Positions 20,117-31,389 of a stretch of DNA of 64,000 nucleotides are shown in pieces. The translations under genes were made by a program, and so were the position numbers. The DNA lies in assembly GCA_018655525.1 (NCBI GenBank), contig JABIJM010000008.1:20836-84835 (forward strand), written 5' to 3'. The stretch comes from Candidatus Woesearchaeota archaeon (GTDB taxonomy: Archaea > Nanobdellota > Nanobdellia > Woesearchaeales > GW2011-AR9). The notes beneath the pieces are model-generated. The model was not told where the DNA came from. It saw only the letters and a program-made list of their open reading frames with translations, and did no database searches. Every line of letters begins with the position of its first letter. The first letter of the stretch is position 1.

Positions 20117-21451
20117 ATGCCAATTGAAATTTGTACAATCGGAGGGTTCTCCAAAACTGAAGGAAATTCTGTTGCAATTAAAGTTGATGACGAAGTTGTT
20201 CTATTAGATATGGGTCTTTCTATGGAGAATTACATTAAACATCAAGAAGATCGTGAAGATGTTAGAGCCGAGAAAACATATAAAGAGTTAATTAAAGTTG
20301 AAGCCGTTCCTAATTATAGTCATATCAAAGATTGGATGGACAAAGTAGTTGTAATTGCACCTTCACATGGGCATTTAGATCATGTTGGTGCTATCCCTTT
20401 TGCTGCTTCATTGTTTCCAAAAGCGACAGTTGTATCCACGCCTTACACAATTGAAATTTTAAGAGCAATTTTGAAAGATGAACGGATTAATTTGCCAAAT
20501 GAAATTGTTTCTATTAAATTAAATGGAACTTACAAAGTTTCAGATAAAATCACATTAGAATTTGTAGAGATGACACATTCTATCCCACATACTGCAACAA
20601 TTGTGGTTCATACACCATATGGGAAGATTGCATATGCGAATGATTTCAAGTTAGATCATACACCCGTAATTGGAAAACCGCCTAATATGGATCGGTTAAA
20701 GGCAATTGGAAAGGAAGGTGTTGATGTTATGTTCATGGATTGTTTGTACGCAGATACACATATCCATACACCTTCAGAAAAAGTCGCGAAACAATTATTG
20801 CAAGATGTGATGCTTGGTACAGAATCACAAGGAAAGGCAATGATTGTGACAACATTCTCTTCACAGATATCACGATTAAAAAGTATTATTGAAATGGGCA
20901 AGAAGTTAAATAGGAAAATTGTATTTTTAGGAAGATCTCTTAATAAATATGTTACAGCTGCTGAAAAAATTAATTTGGTAAAATTTACACAAGATGTGAA
21001 AATGTATAGTAGAAGACATGAAGTTGAGAAAATTCTTCGTAAGATTCAAAAGGAAGGACCTGACAAATATTTGATTGTATGTACAGGCCATCAAGGTGAA
21101 CCTAGAGCTATATTGTCTCGGATAGTAAAAGGAGAGCTAGATTACAAATTGAAGGATGGAGATATTGTTATATTTTCTTGTAGAGTTATTCCGGTTGAAA
21201 CAAATATTAGACATAGAGCAAAGTTAGATTCTGATTTGAAGAAGAAAGGTGTACGTATCTTTAAAGATGTACATGTTTCTGGTCACGGTGCTTTAGAAGA
21301 TCATAGAGATCTGTTAGAATGCGTGAGACCTAAATTGTTTATGCCAATCCATGCAGAGCCTGCAAAGGCAAGAATGTTGATAGATTTTGCGAAGCCGCTT
21401 GGTTTTAAAGGGAAAGGTATGATTGATGGCGGAAGGTTTGTTGTTAAATAA
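20117..21451 (+). CDS. rnj: RNase J-like beta-CASP ribonuclease (metallo-beta-lactamase fold)
   Basis: MBL motif SHGHLDHVGAIP. 444 aa with beta-CASP architecture, typical of archaeal RNase J. Confidence 0.75.
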   Translation: MPIEICTIGGFSKTEGNSVAIKVDDEVVLLDMGLSMENYIKHQEDREDVRAEKTYKELIKVEAVPNYSHIKDWMDKVVVIAPSHGHLDHVGAIPFAASLFPKATVVSTPYTIEILRAILKDERINLPNEIVSIKLNGTYKVSDKITLEFVEMTHSIPHTATIVVHTPYGKIAYANDFKLDHTPVIGKPPNMDRLKAIGKEGVDVMFMDCLYADTHIHTPSEKVAKQLLQDVMLGTESQGKAMIVTTFSSQISRLKSIIEMGKKLNRKIVFLGRSLNKYVTAAEKINLVKFTQDVKMYSRRHEVEKILRKIQKEGPDKYLIVCTGHQGEPRAILSRIVKGELDYKLKDGDIVIFSCRVIPVETNIRHRAKLDSDLKKKGVRIFKDVHVSGHGALEDHRDLLECVRPKLFMPIHAEPAKARMLIDFAKPLGFKGKGMIDGGRFVVK

Positions 21452-21509
21452 CTGTTAATACTTCTTCATAACAACAAATTTTATAAAGCACAAATTCTCG
21501 TACAATAAT

Positions 21510-22259
21510 ATGAAATTAGTCTTAGCAGAACCAAAATATTTTAAGGATAGTATTAGTATTGTCTCAGAATTAGTTAGTGAAGCTAAATTTAAGGCGACAA
21601 AGAATGGATTAAAGCTGGTAGCAATGGATCCTGCAAATGTGGCTATGGTTAATTTTGAACTTCTAAGCAGTTGTTTTACTGAATATGAAGTAAGTGGGGA
21701 AGAAGAGGAAGTTGCAATTAATCTTGCAAATTTGAAGCAAATTTTACGTAGAACCAAGGGAGATGATATTTTATCCCTTGAAACAACTGAAGATAACAAA
21801 TTAAAAATTGAAATGAAGAGTAACACAACACGTTCATTTTCTATTCCAACATTAGAAATTGATGATAAGGAACAAAAAGTTCCAGATTTATCATTTCCTG
21901 TTGTTGTTGAAATGGATTCTACTACATTAACTGAAGCAGTAGAAGATGTAAGTGTTGTTGCAGAATCTGTAACATTCTTAGGAAGTAAGGAATTATTATG
22001 TGTGAAGGCTGAGGGAGATTTATCTAAAGCGTTTATTGAAATTAAGAATAATGAAACTACTTCCATTAAGGCTGAAACAGATGATAAGTATAAAGCAAAA
22101 TATTCTTTAGAATATTTGAAGAAAATGATTTCTGGCAGTAAATTATCTGCAAAAACAACATTACATTTCAACACCGATTATCCAATGAAACTTGAGTATA
22201 AAGTAACTGATAGAGTTTTATTGAGTTTTATTCTTGCACCTAGAGTAGATAATGATTAG
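21510..22259 (+). CDS. pcn: DNA polymerase sliding clamp PCNA
   Basis: 249 aa. The N-terminal FKAT..GL.L.AMDP..VAMV and overall pattern match archaeal PCNA. Confidence 0.85.
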   Translation: MKLVLAEPKYFKDSISIVSELVSEAKFKATKNGLKLVAMDPANVAMVNFELLSSCFTEYEVSGEEEEVAINLANLKQILRRTKGDDILSLETTEDNKLKIEMKSNTTRSFSIPTLEIDDKEQKVPDLSFPVVVEMDSTTLTEAVEDVSVVAESVTFLGSKELLCVKAEGDLSKAFIEIKNNETTSIKAETDDKYKAKYSLEYLKKMISGSKLSAKTTLHFNTDYPMKLEYKVTDRVLLSFILAPRVDND

Positions 22260-22266
22260 TTTTTAG

Positions 22267-22941
22267 TTAAAAACGTATGAGACCTTCATAATTTTCTAGT
22301 TCTTTAAATGCTTGGGAACTCGTTGCTGGATTTTTTAAATTAGCACTTAATGAATAAATCTGAGATGCATGTTCCATCGAATTATCAATTCCCATTCCTT
22401 GGATAATATTTACTAACTTATTTTGATCAATGTCCTGTGTTGCGAATATCATACTAACGTCATAGAAATCTTTTTCTCTAAGAGATCTAATAATTTTTGA
22501 TAATAATAGAAATTCTGTTGATGGAATTACAACCGGTAAATTGGTTCTTTCCCAATTAATTTCTTGTATATAGTTTCTCTTAATTGACTTAGTTGGGATT
22601 TCACCAAAATGTAAAGCATAATACATTGAAGCCCTTTCATCATTGGCATTACTTGAACCTACAGAAGTATTATAAATACTTAAATGTTCTTCATCTACAC
22701 AAATAACATCAATATCTTCATGTTCTCTTTCGCTTCCTGTAAGTAATTCTACTGCCCATCCACCTGCTAACAAATATTTAAGATCGCCATTTTCAGACCT
22801 TTGTGGAAATTTATTAAGCATTTGTGCTAAATTATCTGCAGTGCCTTCTAACCCAGCAAAAGCTCTGGCAAATATTTCGTTTATACTTATAGGGCGCATT
22901 TGCATTCTCATGCCCATGCCCATACCCATTGATTGCATCAT
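22267..22941 (-). CDS. Pol-beta superfamily nucleotidyltransferase-domain protein
   Basis: NTase signature LLAGGWAVELLTGSEREHEDIDV (GG x11 DID). Unusual Met/Gly-rich N-terminus (MMQSMGMGMGMRMQMRP). Confidence 0.5.
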   Translation of the reverse strand: MMQSMGMGMGMRMQMRPISINEIFARAFAGLEGTADNLAQMLNKFPQRSENGDLKYLLAGGWAVELLTGSEREHEDIDVICVDEEHLSIYNTSVGSSNANDERASMYYALHFGEIPTKSIKRNYIQEINWERTNLPVVIPSTEFLLLSKIIRSLREKDFYDVSMIFATQDIDQNKLVNIIQGMGIDNSMEHASQIYSLSANLKNPATSSQAFKELENYEGLIRF

Positions 22942-23003
22942 TTAAACCTAGAATTAATCTTTTTTTATAAAGATGACCCTTAGAAGTAGTTACAGAGGGA
23001 CAT

Positions 23004-23768
23004 TCAATCCCGCAACCTATACCCAATCCTAAACAAATACACACACAGCCATCCAAACACTACAACCAAAACAAACACTAATAAAACAGAATACCAGATA
23101 TTTATATCTGATGTTCCTAGGAATCCATATCTGAATCCGTCTACCATATAGAGAATTGGATTGAATTTTGCAATATTTTGCCAGAAGGGAGGTAGCATCT
23201 TAATACTAAAGAACACCCCACCAAGATATGTGAAGGGTGTAATAATGAAGGTTGCAAAGACGTTCATTTTGTCAAAAGATGTTGCCCATAATGCGGTTGC
23301 AATTCCTGCAAAGGCAAAGATGGTTGAAACCATGACTATGAAATAGATTAATACAAAAATATTTACCACTGTAATATTTGCGAAGATGAATGAAATGATC
23401 AGTATCCCGATACCTACTAAAACTCCACGTAACACTGCAGCCATTGTTAATGCAGATATGATCTGCCAATAACTTAATGGTGAAATGAGGATTTCTTGAA
23501 TGTTTTTCTGAAATTTAGATATGAATAAACTAGAAGAGGTATTCATGTATGCTGACATGATGACACCCATCATTAATAATCCAGGAATAATGAATTCTAT
23601 ATACCCAACACCGCCCATATCATTAATTTTATTACCTAAAGAATAGCCGAAGACTAATATAAAAAGAGTTGAGGTAATTATGGGAGGAATGATTGTTTGT
23701 TGCCACACCCTCATAAATCTAGATGTTTCTCGTTGTGCAAGTGTCCACATACCTGTATTACTTCCCAT
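23004..23768 (-). CDS. ABC-2 type transporter permease
   Basis: 254 aa with 6 TM helices. Overlaps the upstream ATPase gene by 11 nt. Confidence 0.7.
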   Translation of the reverse strand: MGSNTGMWTLAQRETSRFMRVWQQTIIPPIITSTLFILVFGYSLGNKINDMGGVGYIEFIIPGLLMMGVIMSAYMNTSSSLFISKFQKNIQEILISPLSYWQIISALTMAAVLRGVLVGIGILIISFIFANITVVNIFVLIYFIVMVSTIFAFAGIATALWATSFDKMNVFATFIITPFTYLGGVFFSIKMLPPFWQNIAKFNPILYMVDGFRYGFLGTSDINIWYSVLLVFVLVVVFGWLCVYLFRIGYRLRD

Positions 23769-24660
23769 TTGTTAGATGTATAAAAATGTCCTCCAATTTA
23801 TTTTTGTTTGTTTCCATTTTTTCTATGGGTAATCCATTGATGTCTGCTAAGACTTGTTCCCATTTGTCTTTTTTAGGATCTAATGCTATTGTCATTGTTT
23901 TTCCTTGTATTGTAACATTATATTTTTTTAAGTTTGAAGGAAGTTTAATTTCTTCTTTCAAGGTTAAACATAATCGTTCTCCTTCAAGTAAGCTTAATAA
24001 ATTCTTTTTAGAATCTAAGGTAACAATTTCTCCGTGGTTAATGATTGCAATACGTTCACATAATTCTTCTGCTTCTTCTAAATAATGTGTAGTTAACAAG
24101 ATTGTAACACCTGATTTGTTTAATTTACGAATAAACTTCCAAATTGATTTTCGTGTTTCAACATCAACACCTGCAGTTGGTTCATCTAAGATGAGAATTT
24201 TAGGTTGATGGATTAATGCACGTGCGATCATGAGTTTTCGTTTCATACCGCCAGAAAGTGTGATGGCCTTCATATCTTTCTTTTCCCAAAGATGTAGTTC
24301 TTTGAGAACTTTTTCAATACGTTCCTTCCTAATATCTGAAGGAATGCCAAAATATCCAGATGCGAAATACAAAATATTATAGACTTTTTCAAATTGATCA
24401 AAATTAAATTCTTGTGGCACTAATCCTATTAATGCTCTAGCTTCTTTGTAATCTTCAACAACATCTTTTCCAAATAACCTAACATCTCCTGACGTTTTAT
24501 TTGCAAGTCCTGTAAGAATATGAATCGTTGTTGTTTTACCTGCACCATTAGGTCCAAGTAATCCGAAGAATTCTCCTTTCTGAATTGAGAATGTAATCCC
24601 TTTAACTGCTTCTGTTTTTGGATAAATCTTTTTTAGATCTTTAATTGTTACTGCTTCCAC
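23758..24660 (-). CDS. ABC transporter ATP-binding protein
   Basis: Walker A GPNGAGKTT, ABC signature LSGGMKRKL, Walker B ILILDEPT. Confidence 0.85.
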   Translation of the reverse strand: MEAVTIKDLKKIYPKTEAVKGITFSIQKGEFFGLLGPNGAGKTTTIHILTGLANKTSGDVRLFGKDVVEDYKEARALIGLVPQEFNFDQFEKVYNILYFASGYFGIPSDIRKERIEKVLKELHLWEKKDMKAITLSGGMKRKLMIARALIHQPKILILDEPTAGVDVETRKSIWKFIRKLNKSGVTILLTTHYLEEAEELCERIAIINHGEIVTLDSKKNLLSLLEGERLCLTLKEEIKLPSNLKKYNVTIQGKTMTIALDPKKDKWEQVLADINGLPIEKMETNKNKLEDIFIHLTNGK

Positions 24661-24773
24661 AAGAAATAAATTTTATGGAGAGGTTATAAAGTTTGTGGAT
24701 GAATCGGTTTGCTATTATTAATTCTATAAGAATAAAATTAAATCACAACACTTTTATACGTTTAATAATTTAA

Positions 24774-25292
24774 ATGGATATGAATTATTTTAAAACAATT
24801 AAAGAAGCTCTTCAAACAGTATATTATTCTAAGAAGTATTATGCCATTTCTCTTATTGCAGGAATCATTATTTTTTCACTGAATGCAGTTATTAGAAATT
24901 ATAAATTATTATTAGATCAATTTTCGTTTACGTTGTTATATCATTTAGTATTAGGAACATTTACATCATTCGCAACAAGTATGTGGATTTCGCTTCTATT
25001 CGTTGCAGTCCTTACAGGAATCATTGTATCCTTCACGGTATTCTTAATCGGACGTCAGATTAGTTCTTCTGGTGTTTCTACTAGTATCTCTAGTATCTTA
25101 ATTGCAATTGTTGCACCTGCATGTCCATCTTGTGCTGTGGGGTTATTTGGAATTGTTGGTTTAGGCGGAGTTATGGCGTATCTTCCATTTAGAGGTGAAG
25201 AATTAGGTCCTTTGGCTGTATTATTGATTGCAGTTTCTTTAGGATATCTTTCTAAGAAGGTTGTTACAAATACGTGTGAGATTAAACGTTAA
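24774..25292 (+). CDS. Membrane protein with a Cys-containing TM segment (ACPSCAVG)
   Basis: 172 aa, 4 predicted TM helices. Confidence 0.4.
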   Translation: MDMNYFKTIKEALQTVYYSKKYYAISLIAGIIIFSLNAVIRNYKLLLDQFSFTLLYHLVLGTFTSFATSMWISLLFVAVLTGIIVSFTVFLIGRQISSSGVSTSISSILIAIVAPACPSCAVGLFGIVGLGGVMAYLPFRGEELGPLAVLLIAVSLGYLSKKVVTNTCEIKR

Positions 25293-25331
25293 CTTTGTAA
25301 AGTTGACAATTTAAGAAACACATTTTCCTTA

Positions 25332-25934
25332 TTATATTAAGAATAAGTTATTTATTCCAGTTAATATCATATCTATACCCATCGCACCAATAAAGAATCC
25401 ATTAAGCCTCAATAGAACTCCCATGTTCTTATCAAAAGCTATTTTAATTCTTTTTGTATCCATCATTTTTCTGAGTTTTATTAAAAACATCAGCAATAAA
25501 AAATTTACAAGAAATATTATGATAAGGGTTGTTGTGCCTAAAAAATATGACATTTCTTGAGATAATAATATACTTAATGATATTGTTCCTGCACCAACCA
25601 TAAAAGGTAAAGCTATTTCTGAAGCGAGATTATCAAGATCTTCTTTCATCATTATCAAAGCTTCTTGTCCTTTTACTATAAACAAATAAGAAAAAGAAAA
25701 TAGGACAATCCCACCAAAAATACGAAAAGATTCAACATTTATTTGGAAGATATTCTGAAATACAAAATTTCCAAAATAAAAGAATATTAAGCAAACAACA
25801 AAAGAAATAAGTGTGGCTTTTGCTATGACTTTCAAGAAATCTTTGTGATTTAAATCTTTTCTTATAGGTTCTAAATAAAGAAATAAAGCAAAGGGATTTA
25901 TCATAACTAAAAATGCAATGATTGTGGTCAACAT
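25332..25934 (-). CDS. MarC/UPF0056 family integral membrane protein
   Basis: 200 aa with 6 TM helices. N-terminal INPF motif, typical of the MarC family. Confidence 0.6.
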   Translation of the reverse strand: MLTTIIAFLVMINPFALFLYLEPIRKDLNHKDFLKVIAKATLISFVVCLIFFYFGNFVFQNIFQINVESFRIFGGIVLFSFSYLFIVKGQEALIMMKEDLDNLASEIALPFMVGAGTISLSILLSQEMSYFLGTTTLIIIFLVNFLLLMFLIKLRKMMDTKRIKIAFDKNMGVLLRLNGFFIGAMGIDMILTGINNLFLI

Positions 25935-26020
25935 AAATTATTAAAATAAACTGAATACTTTTAAAGATATTGATTTTGAATCATCTAATAAAAGCAATAG
26001 ATGAGTTTTTATAAAAAAAA

Positions 26021-26365
26021 TCAACCCTTAAACCCAGATTTCTCTGCAAGTTGTTGCGTTGTAAAGACACCAGTTACTTTTGTTCCATCTGCAAATTGCC
26101 ATGTTGGATAAGAAGTGATTCCTTCTTGAATACAGGTTGGTGTTTGGGCCTTTCCATCAGGAGTAGAACATTCTACATAATTGATTTTCTTAAAACTTTT
26201 TCCGAGAATTGCTTTTTGTTGGTTGCACGCAGAGCACCAAAATGCACCGTACATCAATACACCTTCTTTTGTAAGGTGTTCAGCAAGAGCATCATTCTTT
26301 CCCGTACATCCTGATAATACAAGTAAAGAGATGATTCCAATAATTAATAGTATTTTTTTCATCAT
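26021..26365 (-). CDS. Thioredoxin-like lipoprotein (extracytoplasmic thiol:disulfide oxidoreductase)
   Basis: Lipobox LSGCTG. YGAFWCSAC CxxC motif and SYPTW motif, as in VKOR-associated Trx-like domains. Confidence 0.6.
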   Translation of the reverse strand: MMKKILLIIGIISLLVLSGCTGKNDALAEHLTKEGVLMYGAFWCSACNQQKAILGKSFKKINYVECSTPDGKAQTPTCIQEGITSYPTWQFADGTKVTGVFTTQQLAEKSGFKG

Positions 26366-26376
26366 AGTATTTTCCT

Positions 26377-28554
26377 CTATAACTTTTTTCTTTTTAATAA
26401 TAGTGAATTTGTAATCACACTTACGCTACTTGCAGCCATTGCGCCGCCTGCTAGCATAGGATTTAGTAACCATCCGGTCCATACATATAAAACTCCTGCA
26501 GCAACAGGAATGCCTAAAGTATTGTAGAACAATGCCCAAAACATGTTTTGTCTAATTTTAGCCATCGTCAATTTACTTAATTTTATTGCTTTTGGAACGT
26601 CTAATAAGCTGTCTTTCATTAAAACAATGTCTCCTGTTTCCATTGCGACATCTGTACCTGAACCCATGGCAATACCTATGTCTGCTTGTGCTAATGCTGG
26701 TGCGTCATTGATCCCATCGCCAACCATTGCTACTTTACCTTTTTGTTGTAGTTTTTTAACGTAATTTGCTTTATCTTCTGGAAGAACTTCTGCAAACACA
26801 TTCTTTATTCCTGCTTTTTTTGCGATGGCATGTGCTGTTCGTTCATTGTCGCCGGTGATCATATATGTTTCAATGTCAAGTTCTTGTAGCATCTTAATTG
26901 CGGTAGGAGAATCTGCTTTAATCTCATCTGCAACTGCAATTATTCCTAAAAGACTCGTTCCTTGTGAAAGAACCATGGTTGTTTTTCCTTCTTGCTCTAA
27001 TGAAGTTATTTTAGAGTTAAGAGGAGTTAAGTCTACATTCTTTTCTTTCATTAATTTGGGATTTCCTAAATAATATTTTTTACTTCCAATCTTTGCTTCT
27101 ACGCCTTTTCCGACAATTGCTTTGAATCCCGTAATGTTTTTCCAGGAAACTTTTTTAGATTTTGCTTCTTCCACAATTGCTTCTGCAAGAGGATGTTCGG
27201 AATTCTTTTCGATACTTCCAGCAATTTGTAATACGTCTGATTCTTTGATTCCTTTTGCAACTACGACATCAGTTACTTCGGGTTTTCCTTTTGTAATTGT
27301 TCCAGTTTTATCGAATATAACATATTTTAATTTATGAGCTGTTTCTAATGCATCTCCACCTTTAATTAAAATTCCTTGTTTCGCTCCTAACCCTGTTCCT
27401 ACCATGATGGCAGTTGGTGTTGCTAGTCCTAAAGCACACGGACATGCAATGACAAGAACTGCAACTGCAGCAATTAATGCAAATCCTACAGCTGCACCTA
27501 CAACAAGGTTCCAAATAAGGAAAGTTGCTACGGCTATTAAAATTACAATTGGCACAAAATAGGAAGAGATTTGATCTGCAAACCTTTGAATTGGCGCTTT
27601 CTTTGTTTGTGCTTCTTCAATGAGTTTTACAATACGTGAAAGGGTTGTTTCTGATCCTACATGTGTTGCTTTGAATGTGAAACTTCCGGTTTTGTTTATA
27701 GTTGATCCGATTACATTATCTCCTTTCTTTTTTTCTGTAGGGATACTTTCACCTGTGACCATACTTTCATCAATCGCAGAATGGCCTTTTACAATCATCC
27801 CATCAACAGGAATTTTTTCGCCTGGTTTTACAATTACAAGATCTCCTTTGACAACAGTATCAATAGGAATTTTGATTTCTTTTCCATCTCTAATAACAAG
27901 TGCTGTTTTTGCACCCAATTTCATGAGTTTACTAATTGCTTCTGACGTTTTGCCTTTTGCAATCGCTTCAAGATATTTTCCTAGAATTACAAGCGTGATT
28001 AATACAGCAGATGCTTCAAAATATTGGTGGCCTTGTGCTCCAAGTAAAACAACATACACAGAATAAAAATACGCTGCACTTGTACCCATTGCAATTAATG
28101 TATCCATATTAGAAGTTTTATTCTTTAATGCTGCCCAAGCACCTACATAGAATTGTTTTCCCACATAGAACTGAATTGGTGTTGCTAAAGCCCACATGAT
28201 ATAATCTTGAAATGGAATAGGGTTTTTCATGAAAAACATGCCTAAAATAAGAGAAGGGATTGCAAGAATTGCACTAAAGAGGACTTTATTTTTGAGATTA
28301 TTCAATTCTTTTTTACTTTTTTCTTTTTCCTGTGCTAGGTCTTTTACAAAGTGACCTTCATAACCTTTATCTTTAATAATTTGTAATAATCCTTCTTCTG
28401 AAATGTTCTTTGAATTGAAATCAATTGCTGCTTTTTCTGTTGCAAAATTAACTGTAGCTTGTGAAACTGCTTCATGTTTCTCCAAAGCTTTTGAGATAAT
28501 TTTGGTACAACTAGCACAATGCATGCCGGTTATTTTAATTGTTGTTTTCGCCAT
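26377..28554 (-). CDS. copA: Copper-translocating P1B-type ATPase
   Basis: N-terminal HMA domain (GMHCASC), TM CPC motif (ACPCALG), DKTGTIT phosphorylation site, GDGINDAP hinge. Confidence 0.85.
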   Translation of the reverse strand: MAKTTIKITGMHCASCTKIISKALEKHEAVSQATVNFATEKAAIDFNSKNISEEGLLQIIKDKGYEGHFVKDLAQEKEKSKKELNNLKNKVLFSAILAIPSLILGMFFMKNPIPFQDYIMWALATPIQFYVGKQFYVGAWAALKNKTSNMDTLIAMGTSAAYFYSVYVVLLGAQGHQYFEASAVLITLVILGKYLEAIAKGKTSEAISKLMKLGAKTALVIRDGKEIKIPIDTVVKGDLVIVKPGEKIPVDGMIVKGHSAIDESMVTGESIPTEKKKGDNVIGSTINKTGSFTFKATHVGSETTLSRIVKLIEEAQTKKAPIQRFADQISSYFVPIVILIAVATFLIWNLVVGAAVGFALIAAVAVLVIACPCALGLATPTAIMVGTGLGAKQGILIKGGDALETAHKLKYVIFDKTGTITKGKPEVTDVVVAKGIKESDVLQIAGSIEKNSEHPLAEAIVEEAKSKKVSWKNITGFKAIVGKGVEAKIGSKKYYLGNPKLMKEKNVDLTPLNSKITSLEQEGKTTMVLSQGTSLLGIIAVADEIKADSPTAIKMLQELDIETYMITGDNERTAHAIAKKAGIKNVFAEVLPEDKANYVKKLQQKGKVAMVGDGINDAPALAQADIGIAMGSGTDVAMETGDIVLMKDSLLDVPKAIKLSKLTMAKIRQNMFWALFYNTLGIPVAAGVLYVWTGWLLNPMLAGGAMAASSVSVITNSLLLKRKKL

Positions 28555-28564
28555 ATTTATTTCC

Positions 28565-28951
28565 TCATTTTGAATTTTTCACCATCTTGGAACATTCTTT
28601 GCATCCTGTTTTATGTTCAAATGCATCTCTTAGGATACACCAACAGAAATTTGGTGATAATTGGAAGTATTTTTCCCTTCCTTTTTTTTCTGAATTTACA
28701 ATCCCTAAGGAATGTAATAATTTTAATTGGTGAGATATTGCAGATAAGGTTACATTATCCACGCTTTTGTGAATCTGAGTTACGTTTTTTGGGCCGTCCA
28801 TGATGCTTACCAGCATCTTTAACCTCGTTTCATCTGCTAAACTTGAAAATAAATGTAATGCTTTATTATAATCTCTCTTCACGATAGTTGAATAGTTGCT
28901 CAAGTATTTAAATGTATTGGTGATTTTTAATAATTTTGAGCTGCGACCCAA
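28565..28951 (-). CDS. ArsR/SmtB-family metalloregulatory transcription factor
   Basis: wHTH ([17 protein letters not shown]) with a C-terminal Cys cluster (CWC...C..C). The upstream gene overlaps its 5' end by 25 nt. Confidence 0.65.
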   Translation of the reverse strand: MGRSSKLLKITNTFKYLSNYSTIVKRDYNKALHLFSSLADETRLKMLVSIMDGPKNVTQIHKSVDNVTLSAISHQLKLLHSLGIVNSEKKGREKYFQLSPNFCWCILRDAFEHKTGCKECSKMVKNSK

Positions 28952-29256
28952 CGATCCATTAATATTAACATAGTATCTTCCAATAAAGTGATTCTTGCCT
29001 CATAAGTTCCTTTTGGAGTAATGCCAAATGAAGATTCCATCAGTTCTATTTTTTTTATTGTATCTTTAATTTCTTGATCCGGAAACCATTTTGGATCCAT
29101 TCCAATTTCCAATAATTGGGAATCTGAAGATAAGGCTTTCATTTGTAAAGTATGTGCATAAAGGAGATTTACTCTAAAACTTGTATCTTCATCAATGTTA
29201 TTTGAAGAACATGCTGTAAACATTAATAAAATAAAAATAAAAAATACTTTTTTCAT
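28927..29256 (-). CDS. Lipoprotein of unknown function
   Basis: Lipobox FTACSS. 109 aa. Confidence 0.4.
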   Translation of the reverse strand: MKKVFFIFILLMFTACSSNNIDEDTSFRVNLLYAHTLQMKALSSDSQLLEIGMDPKWFPDQEIKDTIKKIELMESSFGITPKGTYEARITLLEDTMLILMDRWVAAQNY

Positions 29257-29262
29257 TTTAAA

Positions 29263-30687
29263 TTACTGAGGGCCACCACAACCACAACCACCACTTGCAC
29301 CACAACTGCTTGCAGGTGGTAGATCAATTGCATTTAAAGCGCCAGTAATTTCATTTTGGTCAACAGTATCTTGAACAATAAATGCCCCTGGAATCATACC
29401 CATCCAACAACTCCATGAGATTGTACCGGTTTCAGTTGGCGTAAATTCAATGGTTTGAGTCCCTGGTTTGATTGGAAAGTTTAACCCATATTTAGGCACA
29501 CTAATAGCATTATTACATCCATTAATTTCTTTTCCTTCAATAACCCATTTTACTGGAATGCCTTTTTGTAGTACAAATTTATCTGGACTCCACCCGTACC
29601 TATTAACTTCCATATTTATGATTTGGTAGCCGTCTTTCAGCTCAATAGCATTTCCTGAATTTGAGTTACTATCTCCAAGAACGTTAAATCCCGCGGTTAA
29701 TGAATTGTAATCATATCCTGTTCCAGTTAATGTAAGACCGCGATTCACCATAATTAATCCTAAAAAGATTACAATGATTGCAGATGCTTTCAAAATTTTA
29801 TGTGTTGCTTTCCCACTTAAAAAACTTGTAAGGTAACCAAAGCCAAGTAATACAGGCAAAGTTCCTAAGCCAAAAATGAAAAGGAGTTTAGCTCCTTCAA
29901 ACATGCTTCCAGTTCCTGCTGCCATAATATAAATGGCTTGCAATGGTCCGCATGCAATCATTAATCCATTAAGTAATCCTATTACTAATGGGCTGTTTTT
30001 ATGAGCTCGTGCTTCTTTACTTGTAAAACGATTGATAAATTTCGGAAATCTAAATCGTATTTTTCTAAGTGCAGGAAAAATATTTAACATTTTTAGTCCG
30101 AATAATACAAGGAATGCTCCCGCAATAATTCCTGCGAGACCACGCATCATTGGTGTAAATGCAAAGATGCTTCCAACCAATCCAAAAAGCGCACCAATTA
30201 TTGTATATGAAAGCGTTTTTCCAATTGCATACGATAAATGGAGATAATGTGGTTTCTTTCCTTCTTTTGCACCTTTCGTGGTGTAAGATACAACAAATCC
30301 ACCACACATACTAATACAATGGAATCCGGTCAATAATCCTACTACAAAGAGAAGTCCGTAACCCATGTTTTGACTAATCGTTGGAAGGTTGATTGAATCA
30401 ACATATTGTAAAATGAAATATCCTAGGACAAGAATTCCAATAATTGCAAATGTCCACCCAACATAAGATTTTTTGTTTGAAGAAGTATCACAAATATATC
30501 CTTTTTTCTCAATGATATTTTTGATTTTTGCAAAACTTGTTTTCTCTTCATCAAAATCTACGGTTGATTTCTCAGTTGTGTAATCAACATGGAAGGAATT
30601 GATTCCTTGCAATTTATGAACTTGACGAGAGATGATTTTCTCACAACTTTCGCAAGTCATGCCTTTTGTAGTGAAGGTTTTTTTCAT
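29263..30687 (-). CDS. HMA domain – DsbD-like multi-TM – cupredoxin-like domain fusion protein (putative heavy-metal handling)
   Basis: N-terminal HMA (GMTCESC). TM core with paired Cys (HCISMCGG, ACGPLQ). C-terminal soluble beta domain with SWSCWMGM and a terminal CGASGGCGCGG. Confidence 0.55.
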   Translation of the reverse strand: MKKTFTTKGMTCESCEKIISRQVHKLQGINSFHVDYTTEKSTVDFDEEKTSFAKIKNIIEKKGYICDTSSNKKSYVGWTFAIIGILVLGYFILQYVDSINLPTISQNMGYGLLFVVGLLTGFHCISMCGGFVVSYTTKGAKEGKKPHYLHLSYAIGKTLSYTIIGALFGLVGSIFAFTPMMRGLAGIIAGAFLVLFGLKMLNIFPALRKIRFRFPKFINRFTSKEARAHKNSPLVIGLLNGLMIACGPLQAIYIMAAGTGSMFEGAKLLFIFGLGTLPVLLGFGYLTSFLSGKATHKILKASAIIVIFLGLIMVNRGLTLTGTGYDYNSLTAGFNVLGDSNSNSGNAIELKDGYQIINMEVNRYGWSPDKFVLQKGIPVKWVIEGKEINGCNNAISVPKYGLNFPIKPGTQTIEFTPTETGTISWSCWMGMIPGAFIVQDTVDQNEITGALNAIDLPPASSCGASGGCGCGGPQ

Positions 30688-30902
30688 TCTACTTGATAAT
30701 CTCCTTCTGCTTTAATCGTTTCTTTAATTTTTTCCAAAGATGTTTTGGATTCATCAAATTCTACTTCAGCTGTACCTAAATCATAATTAACATCTACCTT
30801 TACGTTAATATCTTCTAATGCATCTTCAAGAAGCATTTTGCAACTTTTGCAATGCATCCCTTTAATTTTTAATGTTTGTTTCATCTTATCCCTCTTACGC
30901 AA
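30684..30902 (-). CDS. copZ: Copper chaperone CopZ (HMA domain)
   Basis: 72 aa with the GMHCKSC metal-binding motif. Confidence 0.7.
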   Translation of the reverse strand: MRKRDKMKQTLKIKGMHCKSCKMLLEDALEDINVKVDVNYDLGTAEVEFDESKTSLEKIKETIKAEGDYQVE

Positions 30903-31323
30903 ATCTATGCGCGCCTGCTGTTAACTCTGCTTTTTTAATGATAACATTTTTGTTATCTAAGGTGTGGCTCAAATATGATGGCCAACATCCATATCCTTTA
31001 TTTTTTGTCCCGAGTCCATCAATACTAAAAACTCGGCCACAATTATTACATTTAATATCATCTCCTTGTTGCATATAACCTTTAGATCCTCCACAAACAT
31101 CACAAGCATCAAATGCCGTTCTTATTGATCCGTCGGTTCCTTTTACTACAAAATAGGTTACAGTAGTACCAGAAGTATCATAATCAAATTTCTGAACTTT
31201 ATCTGTGATACCATTTAATGGTATTTTAAATGATTTGTCATCTTCAGAGATTTGGATGTCTCCTGAAGAACATCCTGCAATTAATAATGTAAGTAAAATC
31301 ATTCCAATAATATATTTTTTCAT
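30895..31323 (-). CDS. Cys-rich lipoprotein (putative metal-binding, C..C..C..C zinc-ribbon-like)
   Basis: Lipobox IAGCSS. FDACDVCGGS...CNNCGRVF. Confidence 0.45.
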   Translation of the reverse strand: MKKYIIGMILLTLLIAGCSSGDIQISEDDKSFKIPLNGITDKVQKFDYDTSGTTVTYFVVKGTDGSIRTAFDACDVCGGSKGYMQQGDDIKCNNCGRVFSIDGLGTKNKGYGCWPSYLSHTLDNKNVIIKKAELTAGAHRFA

Positions 31324-31389
31324 ATTTCATGCCTCCTGATGAAGAAATAGTGGGTGAAACGCTTTATAAAAGAAGATGTGAAACTAGTT

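Noticed and set aside
21455-22174. 239-aa ORF on the minus strand
   Set aside because: It lies entirely antisense to the strongly supported PCNA gene. Its composition is low-complexity Ser/Leu-rich, typical of shadow ORFs in AT-rich DNA.
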